In this document: positions 19,000 to 27,710 of the stretch, piece by piece
Position numbering within the stretch: the stretch's first letter is position 1
How the letters are laid out: every line of letters begins with the position of its first letter
Assembly (NCBI GenBank): GCA_049592335.1
Contig: JBAWFY010000153.1
Location: forward strand, 1-46,452
Length of the DNA: 46,452 nt
From: Terracidiphilus sp.
Lineage (GTDB): Bacteria; Acidobacteriota; Terriglobia; Terriglobales; Acidobacteriaceae
Reading direction: 5' to 3'
The notes under the pieces: generated by a model
Database searches by the model: none
The model's input: only the letters and a program-made list of their open reading frames with translations
Told to the model about the DNA's origin: nothing
Translations under genes and position numbers: made by a program

Positions 19000-19635
19000 T
19001 TCTTTCTCCGTTCTCTAACTACGGATTTGCAATTTCAAGGGAGGGCCGAGTTTCTATACCGATCGCCGCAGGGGGATGGGATTCAGAACCGGTTTATCGT
19101 CCCTTTAGGTTTGCAGGTTCTCAGTTGAGTCCTTCTCGCGCAATGCGCCTCTGGTCAACTGCAAATGATTCTAGCGTTCGCCGCAAACTCTTAAAATGCC
19201 ACAGAATGACAACTTAGATAGTACTTTTGTGGACAAGAGCTTAGGCGCTCTCACCCGGAGGAGTTAACCCGGTGTGACGCGTCCGTGCCAGGCGACGCCG
19301 TATTAGGTTCCGCGACAGCTTTCATGCCCTCAGGCGATGCCGCAGGATAATTTTGCTTCTAAGGGAACCGGCCAACCGTCACCTTCCTCGGAAAGTGACC
19401 CGTGGCTGAACGAATCCACCCAGGTATCATCCAAAATTGTCAGTGCGTATCACAATCCCACTTGAGTGGGAAATGTCAATTTCGGCTTTTTTACCGGTTT
19501 CGGCTTTCATCAGCGGAAGTTTCCGTCCTTTCACCGCCTTTCGGCCGAAGATAGGGGAACTCGGTTGAGCAACAGACTCAAGTAAGCGGTCTTTTGGTTC
19601 GGGTAGTCTACCTTGGTTCGCTTTACAATCCCAAT

Positions 19636-21519
19636 ATGTGCGGAATCGTCGGCTATGTCGGAACGAAAGAGGTTGTCCCTGTCATCATTGAAGGGCTAAG
19701 GCGTCTCGAATATAGGGGTTACGACTCGGCGGGGATCGCCGTGGGCAAGCCCGGCAGCCCGCAGCTTGAAGTCTGGCGTGCGCCAGGCAAGCTCGGCAAC
19801 CTCGAAAACGTGCTGCGCGACCATCCGCCGCAGGGAACCTTCGGCATCGGTCACACGCGATGGGCCACCCATGGCCGGCCCACCGAAGAGAACGCCCATC
19901 CTCACCGCGATTGCACGGGCCGCATCGTCGTTGTGCATAACGGCATCGTCGAGAACTATCTTGAGCTCAAGCGCGAGCTTACCGCGCAGGGCCACAAATT
20001 CGTCACCGAAACCGACACCGAGATCATCGCCCACCTCATCGAGCAGATGCAGAAGGAAGCGGAGGCCGCGGGCAAGCCCATCCTGCTCGAAGACGCGGTG
20101 CGGCGGGCGGCAAAACGGCTCACGGGCGCCTTCGCGCTGGGAGTGTTGAGCGCAGCGGAGCCGGATAAGATCGTGGCCGCTCGGCTCGGTCCGCCGGTCG
20201 TCATCGGCGTGGGAGAGGGCGAGGCCTTCGTCGCTAGCGACGTGCCCGGCATTCTCCACCACACGCGCAATATCTATTTCCTAGCTGACGGCGACATGGC
20301 AATCCTGACGCGCGAGGGCGTCACGCTCACCGACTTCGACGGCCAGCCCGTGAAGCGCGAGCTGACCCGCGTGCAATGGGATCCCATCCAGGCCGAAAAG
20401 GGTGGATATAAACACTTTATGCTCAAGGAGATATGGGAGCAGCCGCGGGCCATCACCGATACTACCCTGGGCCGCGTCTCTCTCGATTCGGGCTCCGTCT
20501 TCCTTGCCGAAATGGAGATTTCTGACGAGGAGCTCGCACGCGCCCGGAGCATCAGCATCGCTGCCTGCGGCACCAGCTGGCATGCGGCGCTCACCGGCAA
20601 ATACATGATCGAGCGTCTGGCGCGCGTGCCGGTAGACGTGGACTATGCCAGCGAGTACCGCTATCGCGATCCTATTGGCGGACCCGAATCGCTAGGCCTG
20701 CTGATCACGCAGAGCGGCGAAACCGCCGACACTCTGGCCGCGCAGCGCGAGATGAAAGCCATGGGCTCGAAGACCGTGGCCATCTGCAATGTGGTCGGCG
20801 CCATGGTGGCGCGCGAGGCGCACGGCTCCATCTACACGCACGCCGGGCCGGAGATTGGCGTAGCTTCCACCAAGGCGTTCACGTCGCAACTCACGGCGCT
20901 GTTTTTGCTGGCCATGAAGCTCGGCCAGTTACGCGGCAAGCTGGACATGGCCGAATCCATCGCGCTCATCGGCGAGCTGGGGCGCATTCCCGCCAAGATC
21001 GAAGAGGTGCTGCGCGGCCGCTCGGCCCAATGCGAAGTGTTAGCCAAGGAATTCTCGACGGTATCGGACTTCCTCTATCTCGGCCGAGGCATTCACTTTC
21101 CGATTGCGCTCGAAGGCGCGCTTAAGCTCAAGGAGATCTCCTACATCCACGCCGAGGGCTATCCGGCCGGAGAAATGAAGCACGGCCCCAACGCGCTCAT
21201 CGATGAGACGCTTCCGGTGGTGGTACTCGCCACGCGCGATGCATCCGACCCGGCCTCGAAGCTGCGCTACGAAAAGACGCTCTCGAATATTCAGGAAGTC
21301 ACCGCGCGCAGCGGCCGCGTGATTGCGGTGGCGACCGAGGGTGATGAGACCATCAGCGGCCTTGTCGAGCACGTGATACTCATTCCGCCGGCGCCGGAGC
21401 TGCTCTCTCCGCTCATCGAAATCGTTCCGTTGCAGTTGCTCGCCTATTACATCGCGGTCCGCCGCGGCTGCGACGTAGACCAGCCGCGCAACCTGGCCAA
21501 GAGCGTGACGGTAGAATAA
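19636..21519 (+). CDS. glmS: Glutamine--fructose-6-phosphate aminotransferase
   Basis: MCGIVG start, [27 protein letters not shown]-terminal [15 protein letters not shown]. Confidence 0.99.
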   Translation: MCGIVGYVGTKEVVPVIIEGLRRLEYRGYDSAGIAVGKPGSPQLEVWRAPGKLGNLENVLRDHPPQGTFGIGHTRWATHGRPTEENAHPHRDCTGRIVVVHNGIVENYLELKRELTAQGHKFVTETDTEIIAHLIEQMQKEAEAAGKPILLEDAVRRAAKRLTGAFALGVLSAAEPDKIVAARLGPPVVIGVGEGEAFVASDVPGILHHTRNIYFLADGDMAILTREGVTLTDFDGQPVKRELTRVQWDPIQAEKGGYKHFMLKEIWEQPRAITDTTLGRVSLDSGSVFLAEMEISDEELARARSISIAACGTSWHAALTGKYMIERLARVPVDVDYASEYRYRDPIGGPESLGLLITQSGETADTLAAQREMKAMGSKTVAICNVVGAMVAREAHGSIYTHAGPEIGVASTKAFTSQLTALFLLAMKLGQLRGKLDMAESIALIGELGRIPAKIEEVLRGRSAQCEVLAKEFSTVSDFLYLGRGIHFPIALEGALKLKEISYIHAEGYPAGEMKHGPNALIDETLPVVVLATRDASDPASKLRYEKTLSNIQEVTARSGRVIAVATEGDETISGLVEHVILIPPAPELLSPLIEIVPLQLLAYYIAVRRGCDVDQPRNLAKSVTVE

Positions 21520-21530
21520 CCGGGACCGAA

Positions 21531-22160
21531 ATGCGAGATGATTTTACCGAAGATGTGAAACGTGTCATTGCCAACCGAGCAAATCTTATTTGCTCGAATC
21601 CGGATTGTGGAAGCCCGACCGGAGGGCCACAAGAGGACCCCTCGAAGGCACTTAACATCGGAGTTGCTGCTCACATCACCGCGGCCTCACCTGGCGGCCC
21701 TCGGTATAGAGACGTGCTGACCGCCGAACAACGCTCATCGGCTTGGAATGGCATCTGGCTTTGTCAGAATTGCGCAAAACTTGTTGATAACGATGCGTCG
21801 ATGTTCCCCGAGGATTTTTTGAGGGCATGGAAGACCATTCGCGAGCATAATGCCCTGCACTCCATCGGAAAAACGAAGACTGCTTCCCTCGAAACCGAGT
21901 CGCAGCGCAAATGCAAGGAACTCTGTAAATGGGTTGGGAAGCGAGTCATGTGGGTCCAGATGAATACTGGCCGCAAAGCGGAGGTGATGGGCGCTAGGAC
22001 GCTTGGAGGTGTCTATGTCTTGGTTCTCGAGTGTACGGAGTTTTTCGTCAAGGTCAAAGGTGATGGGTGGGACAGAACCAAATCGTTCCCTCTGGACAAC
22101 ATCAAGTTTGGCTACGATGATAAAGTCGATTGTCTAGAAATCTTAGACTATGCCCCTTAG
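21531..22160 (+). CDS. HNH endonuclease-domain protein with unknown C-terminal domain
   Basis: CSNPDC...AAHITAASPGGPRY...NGIWLCQNCAKLVD (Zn-binding HNH variant); visibly more AT-rich than flanking genes. Confidence 0.8.
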   Translation: MRDDFTEDVKRVIANRANLICSNPDCGSPTGGPQEDPSKALNIGVAAHITAASPGGPRYRDVLTAEQRSSAWNGIWLCQNCAKLVDNDASMFPEDFLRAWKTIREHNALHSIGKTKTASLETESQRKCKELCKWVGKRVMWVQMNTGRKAEVMGARTLGGVYVLVLECTEFFVKVKGDGWDRTKSFPLDNIKFGYDDKVDCLEILDYAP

Positions 22161-22262
22161 ACCTGACCGCGATCCCTTGGGTACTTGGCGAGGGGCGGGA
22201 TTTCCTCGACACCTATAAGCCGAAAGCACTTGTGCTCGGTTGAGGCTGGCCAGGCGACAAAC

Positions 22263-24377
22263 CTACGCCTTCACCACCGCCGCGATCTCCGGTGAACCGT
22301 CGATGGCTTGCGCGAGCGCTGGATTGGCGGCCATGGCGTGAAGCAACGACTCGACCACGCGCTGATCGATCTCCGTGGCGCGCGCGTTGAGCACCGGGTA
22401 GAGCACCGTGCATTTCAAGCCGTCGGAGAAGGCCAGCCGTGACTCAACCTTTACGGACGGCAAGCTGGTGTCCATCCACGCTTCCACCTGGGCGTGCTGC
22501 CGCTCCACCTGGTCCTTGTATTCCGCATAGACTCCCTCGACCGCATGTTGAATGGCGTCGAGTACAGGCTGGTGATCCGCGCCGGGCTTCAGCTTCAACG
22601 TGACTTCATGCCAGGCATAGTTGGTTCCCGGAATCTGCTTGTAGAGCGGCGTGCCGGTTTGAAAGAGCACGGAATTTGCAAACACGGCCACGCGGCCGGT
22701 GGGATGAAGAACCGATCCCAGGCCCGCCAACTCCAGCATGTAAAAGCGAAACAGGCCCACCTCGATCACGTCGCCGGTCACGTTCGCCACCGTGATCCGG
22801 TCTCCCACGCGAACCCCATACCGACCCACGATGAAAAAGTACGCCGCCACCGAAAGCAAAACCGTTTGCAGGCCCACGGCCAGTCCCGCCGTGACGAAGC
22901 CGGCAAACGTGGCGAGTGAGCTGAATTGCGTGACGGCTCCCAGGATAACCACGACGCCGCTGAGAAAGCCGATGGCCATGCGCCGGATCACCAAAAGTTG
23001 GCGGCGCCGGCGGAGGTCCTGCACGTAGCGCGTAACGGCCCGCCGCCATGCTTCGCCAACGGCGAGGATGACAACGAGAGCCAGAACAATGATGCCCAGG
23101 CGAATCAGCAGGGAATGCATGATGCTGGCGCGCTCCGCATCCACTGAAGAGCGCCATGACACCAGATTCCCCTGCGCCTGCTCGATCAGAAGCAGCTCCT
23201 GGCTGATCGGAATCGAAACCGCGGAGACAGTTTTGAAGGCATCGGTGAGCTGATCGTAGGTTTTTTTGTCCGCGACTCCCTTGACCGCGGCCGATTGGTT
23301 GTTTCCAGGAGGATTCTGCGCCCCGGAATTGCTCTCCAGGTCGTTGCCTTGTTTGAGCGTTGCGCGAATGATATTCACCAGCGGCGTGCGCAGATCCGTG
23401 GCCTGTTGGTGCAACTCCTTCAAGGCATCGATGCGCGTGTCGATCGCATGCTCGGTCGAAATCAGCTGGAACAGGACCTCGCCCTGATTCACGACGCCAG
23501 CTTCGCCTATCGACTCGAGGCTCTGCATCGAGTTCGCCACAGGCTTGACATTGCTGTCGATGACCTCGGGAATCGAATGTTGCAGCTTGTCAATGTCGCT
23601 CTCCAACCCCGTGTTGCTCTTGGTTGCCGACAGGCCGAAGACCTTGGTCAGCGCATCCGACTCCGCAGTCGCCAGCTCGAGTTGGCCGCGCAGATCGTCC
23701 AGTTGATCGCCAAGCTGCGCGCGCTGGCTCCGCGGCGCTGTGTCGATCTTCTTTTCGAGAGCATCTTGCTGGTTCTGGAGGTCCTGAATGCGCTGTGTCA
23801 CTTTCACTTGAGCGTTGCGCAGACGCTGTTGTTCTGCGTCAGCGGGTTGCCCGCCTGCTTGTCCCTGCCCTTGTGCGGAAGGGATGCGGGCCAGCAGCGC
23901 GGCTTCGTCGCGCGCGGATTGGAAGGCTAATTGAGCAATTTGCGTGGCGGTGGTTTGCGCCTGCTGCGCATAGAGAGTGTCGCTCGGTCGCCCCGTCTTC
24001 TGGATCGGGGTCACGGCCATGCGATAGTAGCCGATGACCTGGCTCAGATGGTGCAGAATGTCGTTCGAACGCCGATCGACATCGATTCCGTGGGTGAGCT
24101 GCGGGGGCAGAGGTTGGGGCAGTCTTGCCAGTCGTACCGCGGTTTTGGGGGCGGGCGCCGTCGGCTGCCCCGGAGCTGCTCCTTGAGACGCCTGAGCGGC
24201 AGTTCCTTCCGGCCCTTGATCGGCCGCAGCCGCGTTCTCGGGCGTCTTCGACGGATTGCTGTTCGCATCACTCTTGCTCTGCGCAAGCGCCGCGATCGAG
24301 AGCAGAAGGCAGGCGGCGAGCAGAGTACCAATCCATCGTCCGCGCAATTGAAGGGGGATTTCCAAGAACTTTCGCAT
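22263..24377 (-). CDS. MscS-family mechanosensitive channel with large periplasmic coiled-coil region
   Basis: Signal peptide, Q/L-rich coiled coils, TM helices, GLAVGLQTVLLSVAAYF, VRVGDRITV.NVTGDV.EVG, TGRVAVFANS. Confidence 0.87.
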   Translation of the reverse strand: MRKFLEIPLQLRGRWIGTLLAACLLLSIAALAQSKSDANSNPSKTPENAAAADQGPEGTAAQASQGAAPGQPTAPAPKTAVRLARLPQPLPPQLTHGIDVDRRSNDILHHLSQVIGYYRMAVTPIQKTGRPSDTLYAQQAQTTATQIAQLAFQSARDEAALLARIPSAQGQGQAGGQPADAEQQRLRNAQVKVTQRIQDLQNQQDALEKKIDTAPRSQRAQLGDQLDDLRGQLELATAESDALTKVFGLSATKSNTGLESDIDKLQHSIPEVIDSNVKPVANSMQSLESIGEAGVVNQGEVLFQLISTEHAIDTRIDALKELHQQATDLRTPLVNIIRATLKQGNDLESNSGAQNPPGNNQSAAVKGVADKKTYDQLTDAFKTVSAVSIPISQELLLIEQAQGNLVSWRSSVDAERASIMHSLLIRLGIIVLALVVILAVGEAWRRAVTRYVQDLRRRRQLLVIRRMAIGFLSGVVVILGAVTQFSSLATFAGFVTAGLAVGLQTVLLSVAAYFFIVGRYGVRVGDRITVANVTGDVIEVGLFRFYMLELAGLGSVLHPTGRVAVFANSVLFQTGTPLYKQIPGTNYAWHEVTLKLKPGADHQPVLDAIQHAVEGVYAEYKDQVERQHAQVEAWMDTSLPSVKVESRLAFSDGLKCTVLYPVLNARATEIDQRVVESLLHAMAANPALAQAIDGSPEIAAVVKA

Positions 24378-24524
24378 CTTCAAAGTTTGAAGCGGCTTGA
24401 GCGCTGGCAGATGCCAAGGGCCCAGCTGGCTTTCTGGCCCGCGCACCGTTTGCCCGTCAGCTCTGGTCAGTTCAACCATATCAGCATAGAGAGGATTGCC
24501 CCGAACAACCGCGGCTGGATAAGG

Positions 24525-25082
24525 TCATGGCGTCACCGCCAGCGGCCCGCCAAGCAATTTCTCGATCTCCAATGCCAGTACCGCCGGAGGAGTGAAACCC
24601 CGCCACCGGTGCAGAATGTTGCCATCGGCTGCAATCAACAACGTGGTGGGCACTCCATCGACGCCCATGGCGCGCGCCAGCTTTTTGTCCGGATCGAGCA
24701 GTAACGGGATCTTGAGCTGCCAATCGTAACTGGCGTTGAGCACAGCGTCGCGCGAGGGTGACGAACCGCGCGCCAGTGCCGAGGCATCCACGATTGCGAC
24801 TCGCAGTCCACGCGGACCGTATTGATGCGCCATGCTTGCCAGAAACACAACCTGGCTGCGCGAAGGCGTGTCGGCGGTGTCGGGCACCGTCTCAAGAAAC
24901 GCAAGCAGCAGAGGCTGCGCGGGCTGCGAGCGCAGATGGAACGTGCCGCCGCGGACATCGGGCAGCGTAAGGTCGGGCACAGTGGAGATACTCTGCGATT
25001 GGCCGGCCGCGCTCAACGCGAAAGCAAAAACAAACAACGCGCGGACGAGCGCTGAGACGCGTCTTGTCCGCGGCGCAGTCAT
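24525..25082 (-). CDS. Exported TlpA/AhpC-like thioredoxin-fold protein lacking CxxC
   Basis: PDLTLPDVRGG, LLLAFL, PLLLDPD, GVDGVPTTLLIAADG.ILHRW.G; no Cys in the mature protein. Confidence 0.7.
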   Translation of the reverse strand: MTAPRTRRVSALVRALFVFAFALSAAGQSQSISTVPDLTLPDVRGGTFHLRSQPAQPLLLAFLETVPDTADTPSRSQVVFLASMAHQYGPRGLRVAIVDASALARGSSPSRDAVLNASYDWQLKIPLLLDPDKKLARAMGVDGVPTTLLIAADGNILHRWRGFTPPAVLALEIEKLLGGPLAVTP

Positions 25083-25098
25083 CGGAGGTACACAGCCT

Positions 25099-26802
25099 TC
25101 ACTGCCAAGCCCCAATATTGTATCCAGTTCCGTTAGGCAGTGGATTGCCCCAGAAATCCTGTGTCCCCATTGAACATCCGCTGATCCCGCTGCAAATGTT
25201 GGCGCCAGCGCCAATGGCGGGCGAACCGGGCAGCAAAGTGAACTCCGCAACCGGGAGTCCGACGCCATGGTAGGTCGGCGTGTTCATCATCGGATCGGTG
25301 TACAGGCTGTTCGCATCCTGGCTGGAGGCGGATTGGTATGATGCCAGGTTCGCGTAGTCGGCGCCGTTGATATTCCAGTCGGGTGTGGTCCCGACGGTCC
25401 AGTAGATGTTGTTGTTCAGCGTGAAATCTGTTGTGGTCTCGATCAGATTCGGCACCGTCGAGTAGATGATGTTGTTCTCGAATAGATTGGGACCGGCGCC
25501 GCTGAAATCGGCGTCTACGGTGTCGAAGGCCGGGCCGGGTGTAGCGGGATTCCAATAAAAGGTGTTGTTATAAACCTCGATACCGTCGAGGGTCCCGCTC
25601 ACGGAGGCGCCGTTCGTGTTCATGAATATTTCACCCGAGTCGGGACTGTTGACGAGCTGCGAATTGTTAGCGCAGACGTTGTAGCGGATGATTTCATTGG
25701 TGCTCACCTCCATATACGCGCTGAACACCGAGACGCAGTAGCCGACGGAATCGTGGCCGTAGTTGTACTGAACAATGTTGTTCGTGTTCCAGACGTCGAT
25801 GTCGTAGTCGCCGCCGTCCCAGGGGCTCCAGTCTTGAACGGAGTACACCTCGTTGTTCTGGATCGTGCAGGTGTGGCAATAGAGATCCATCATTCCGCCG
25901 GTGGTGCCGCCGCAGCCGGGATTGGTGGGGCATTGGCCGCTGTTGTGGACCACGTTGTTCTGCATCAGGCCGTTGGTGACGGCAAACATCGTCATGCCTA
26001 TTCCATAGATGTTGTAAACCGTCGAGTTCTGGATGGTGACGTTGTTCCCGAACACCGGAGGGTTTGTGTTGAAGGGCGTCCCGACATCGATCTCGATGCC
26101 GTTGAAAACCGCGCTGTCATGCGCACTCACGCCATCGAGCACAATGTCGTCGAAGTTTTCCCCTTCATTCCCGATGGCAATAAGAATTTCGTCCGAGTCG
26201 CTGTTCGCGGTGCTCACGTAGTGCGCGCCGTGGACGTTGAGATTGGTCAGCCTGTAATGGGTGTAGGTGGTATTCGGGGCGGTGCCAACTATATAAATGC
26301 CATACTGGTTTCCGCCCACGATCTCGAGATTGTTGATCTCATATCCTTCTACGCCATACAATCCGACAGCCGTCGTATTCATTCCGCCGTCGATGATCGG
26401 CTGCGGGCCTGTGCCATAGGCATCGATCACGATCGGCGAGGCGGTGGTGCCGGACCCGAGCGGCGCCAACACGCCGCTGCAGGTTGTCCCACGGTTGAAC
26501 AGAATCTGATCTCCGGGATTGAAGGTCGTGGTGCTGATCATGGCCAGCGTATTCCAGGGGCTCGATTGGCTTCCATTGCCATTCGTCGCAGCCGAGCAAT
26601 CCACATAGACCGTCGCCGCCGGCGGTCCTAATGGTGGAGGCGACGTCGGTGGAGGCGTAGACGGCGGAGGCGTGGGCGAGCTATAGACAGTCTGGTTTCC
26701 GCAGCCCGGCAGGAGCAAGACAGCTGCCAGCAAAGCAGGAGCAAGCAGCCATGCTTCGACTCGATGGGATGGTTTGTCTGGAATTGAGCAGGGGCTGCCC
26801 AT
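25099..26802 (-). CDS. Lipoprotein with right-handed parallel beta-helix (pectin lyase-like) domain
   Basis: Lipobox LLLPGC, Pro-rich tether, YVDC...GNGS.SSPWNTL, PGDQILF.RG, repeated IQNNxV strands, C-terminal L..GSPAIGAG...DFWGN...IGAWQ; SD GGAGG. Confidence 0.8.
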   Translation of the reverse strand: MGSPCSIPDKPSHRVEAWLLAPALLAAVLLLPGCGNQTVYSSPTPPPSTPPPTSPPPLGPPAATVYVDCSAATNGNGSQSSPWNTLAMISTTTFNPGDQILFNRGTTCSGVLAPLGSGTTASPIVIDAYGTGPQPIIDGGMNTTAVGLYGVEGYEINNLEIVGGNQYGIYIVGTAPNTTYTHYRLTNLNVHGAHYVSTANSDSDEILIAIGNEGENFDDIVLDGVSAHDSAVFNGIEIDVGTPFNTNPPVFGNNVTIQNSTVYNIYGIGMTMFAVTNGLMQNNVVHNSGQCPTNPGCGGTTGGMMDLYCHTCTIQNNEVYSVQDWSPWDGGDYDIDVWNTNNIVQYNYGHDSVGYCVSVFSAYMEVSTNEIIRYNVCANNSQLVNSPDSGEIFMNTNGASVSGTLDGIEVYNNTFYWNPATPGPAFDTVDADFSGAGPNLFENNIIYSTVPNLIETTTDFTLNNNIYWTVGTTPDWNINGADYANLASYQSASSQDANSLYTDPMMNTPTYHGVGLPVAEFTLLPGSPAIGAGANICSGISGCSMGTQDFWGNPLPNGTGYNIGAWQ

Positions 26803-26996
26803 CCCCGGACCTCCGAGAACGGCCCCAGTATACACGCGCCTTCGAGCTGTTTTGTCAGAGCAGTTTATTGCAGGTGAGGCGTCAAACGCGGAGGCACGGC
26901 CCGAGTTGTTACGTCTGGTTTAATTCCGGTGCAGGGAGTGTGCCACTTCCTGGTCCCGATAATGCCGCCTATGCCCTTCAAAAACCTGTGGGTCCC

Positions 26997-27581
26997 TCAG
27001 TACACCCGATAGCTCAAGCCAACGCTGGCGCCGTAGGGCCACAGATCGTTCGGCACCACCTGTCCCAGCCCATTTGTCGTGACCACCCGCCACTGCTGAT
27101 ACTCAATATCGATGATGCGAATTTTGAACCTGCTGTTCAGCTTGTAATCCACGCCGCCGCCATAGGTGAAAGCCAGCGCTTTGCCCGCGAGATTGTACAT
27201 CGTGCCCCAGCCGATCAGCACTTTGCCGTAGGGCGTGAAGTGGCGGAACATGTCTTCCTTGATCGGGATGCGCGGACCGATCGAGTAAGTGTTTTGGTAG
27301 ATGCCGAAGTACTCGTTGAAGCGCAGCCAGCGGGCCTCGGCTTCCACCTGCGCCCAGCGGTTGAAGCGCGCATCGCCAAACGCTCCGATGCCGTAGAGGC
27401 GCTGAGGGCTGTTTCCCGCGTATCCGTTGCCCGCGTAGTCGGGCTGGAAGACGGAGCCCTCTGCGCCGGCGTAAATCGAGTAGGAACGGTGAAAGGCCGA
27501 AGCCTCGCTCTGGCCGTATGCGGTGACACTCAATGCCGACGAAAACGCGACGAAAAAGTACGCCAGGAAAAAACGTTTCAT
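26997..27581 (-). CDS. Outer-membrane beta-barrel (OmpA/OmpW-like) protein
   Basis: Signal peptide MKRFFLAYFFVAF, PYGKVLIG.G, YGGGVDY, C-terminal GLSYRVY. Confidence 0.78.
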   Translation of the reverse strand: MKRFFLAYFFVAFSSALSVTAYGQSEASAFHRSYSIYAGAEGSVFQPDYAGNGYAGNSPQRLYGIGAFGDARFNRWAQVEAEARWLRFNEYFGIYQNTYSIGPRIPIKEDMFRHFTPYGKVLIGWGTMYNLAGKALAFTYGGGVDYKLNSRFKIRIIDIEYQQWRVVTTNGLGQVVPNDLWPYGASVGLSYRVY

Positions 27582-27710
27582 AAGCCAGCCCAAATCCACT
27601 TTCTGTGAGATCGCCGATCGGCGCAAAAACCAGTCGGACTCACGCTCCAGAGCCCTGCGCGGTGCAGCAAAAAACCGGCGGCGCCGCGCTGGGCTCACAG
27701 AGTTGAGGGG

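Noticed and set aside
19080..19120. c-di-GMP-I riboswitch upstream of the CpaE-like gene (minus GCAAACC-TAAA-GGGACG)
   Set aside because: Only a 2-3 bp P2, no GACGCAAAGC continuation and no tetraloop-receptor helix; the similarity is superficial.
19200..19635. glmS ribozyme upstream of glmS
   Set aside because: The core AGCGCC...GACGAGG elements are absent, and a -10 box sits 6 nt from the ATG.
21481..22262. Tn7 inserted at attTn7
   Set aside because: The glmS 3' target sequence is present, but I see no TGT-initiated Tn7 end, TnsB-site repeats, 5-bp duplication or tns genes.
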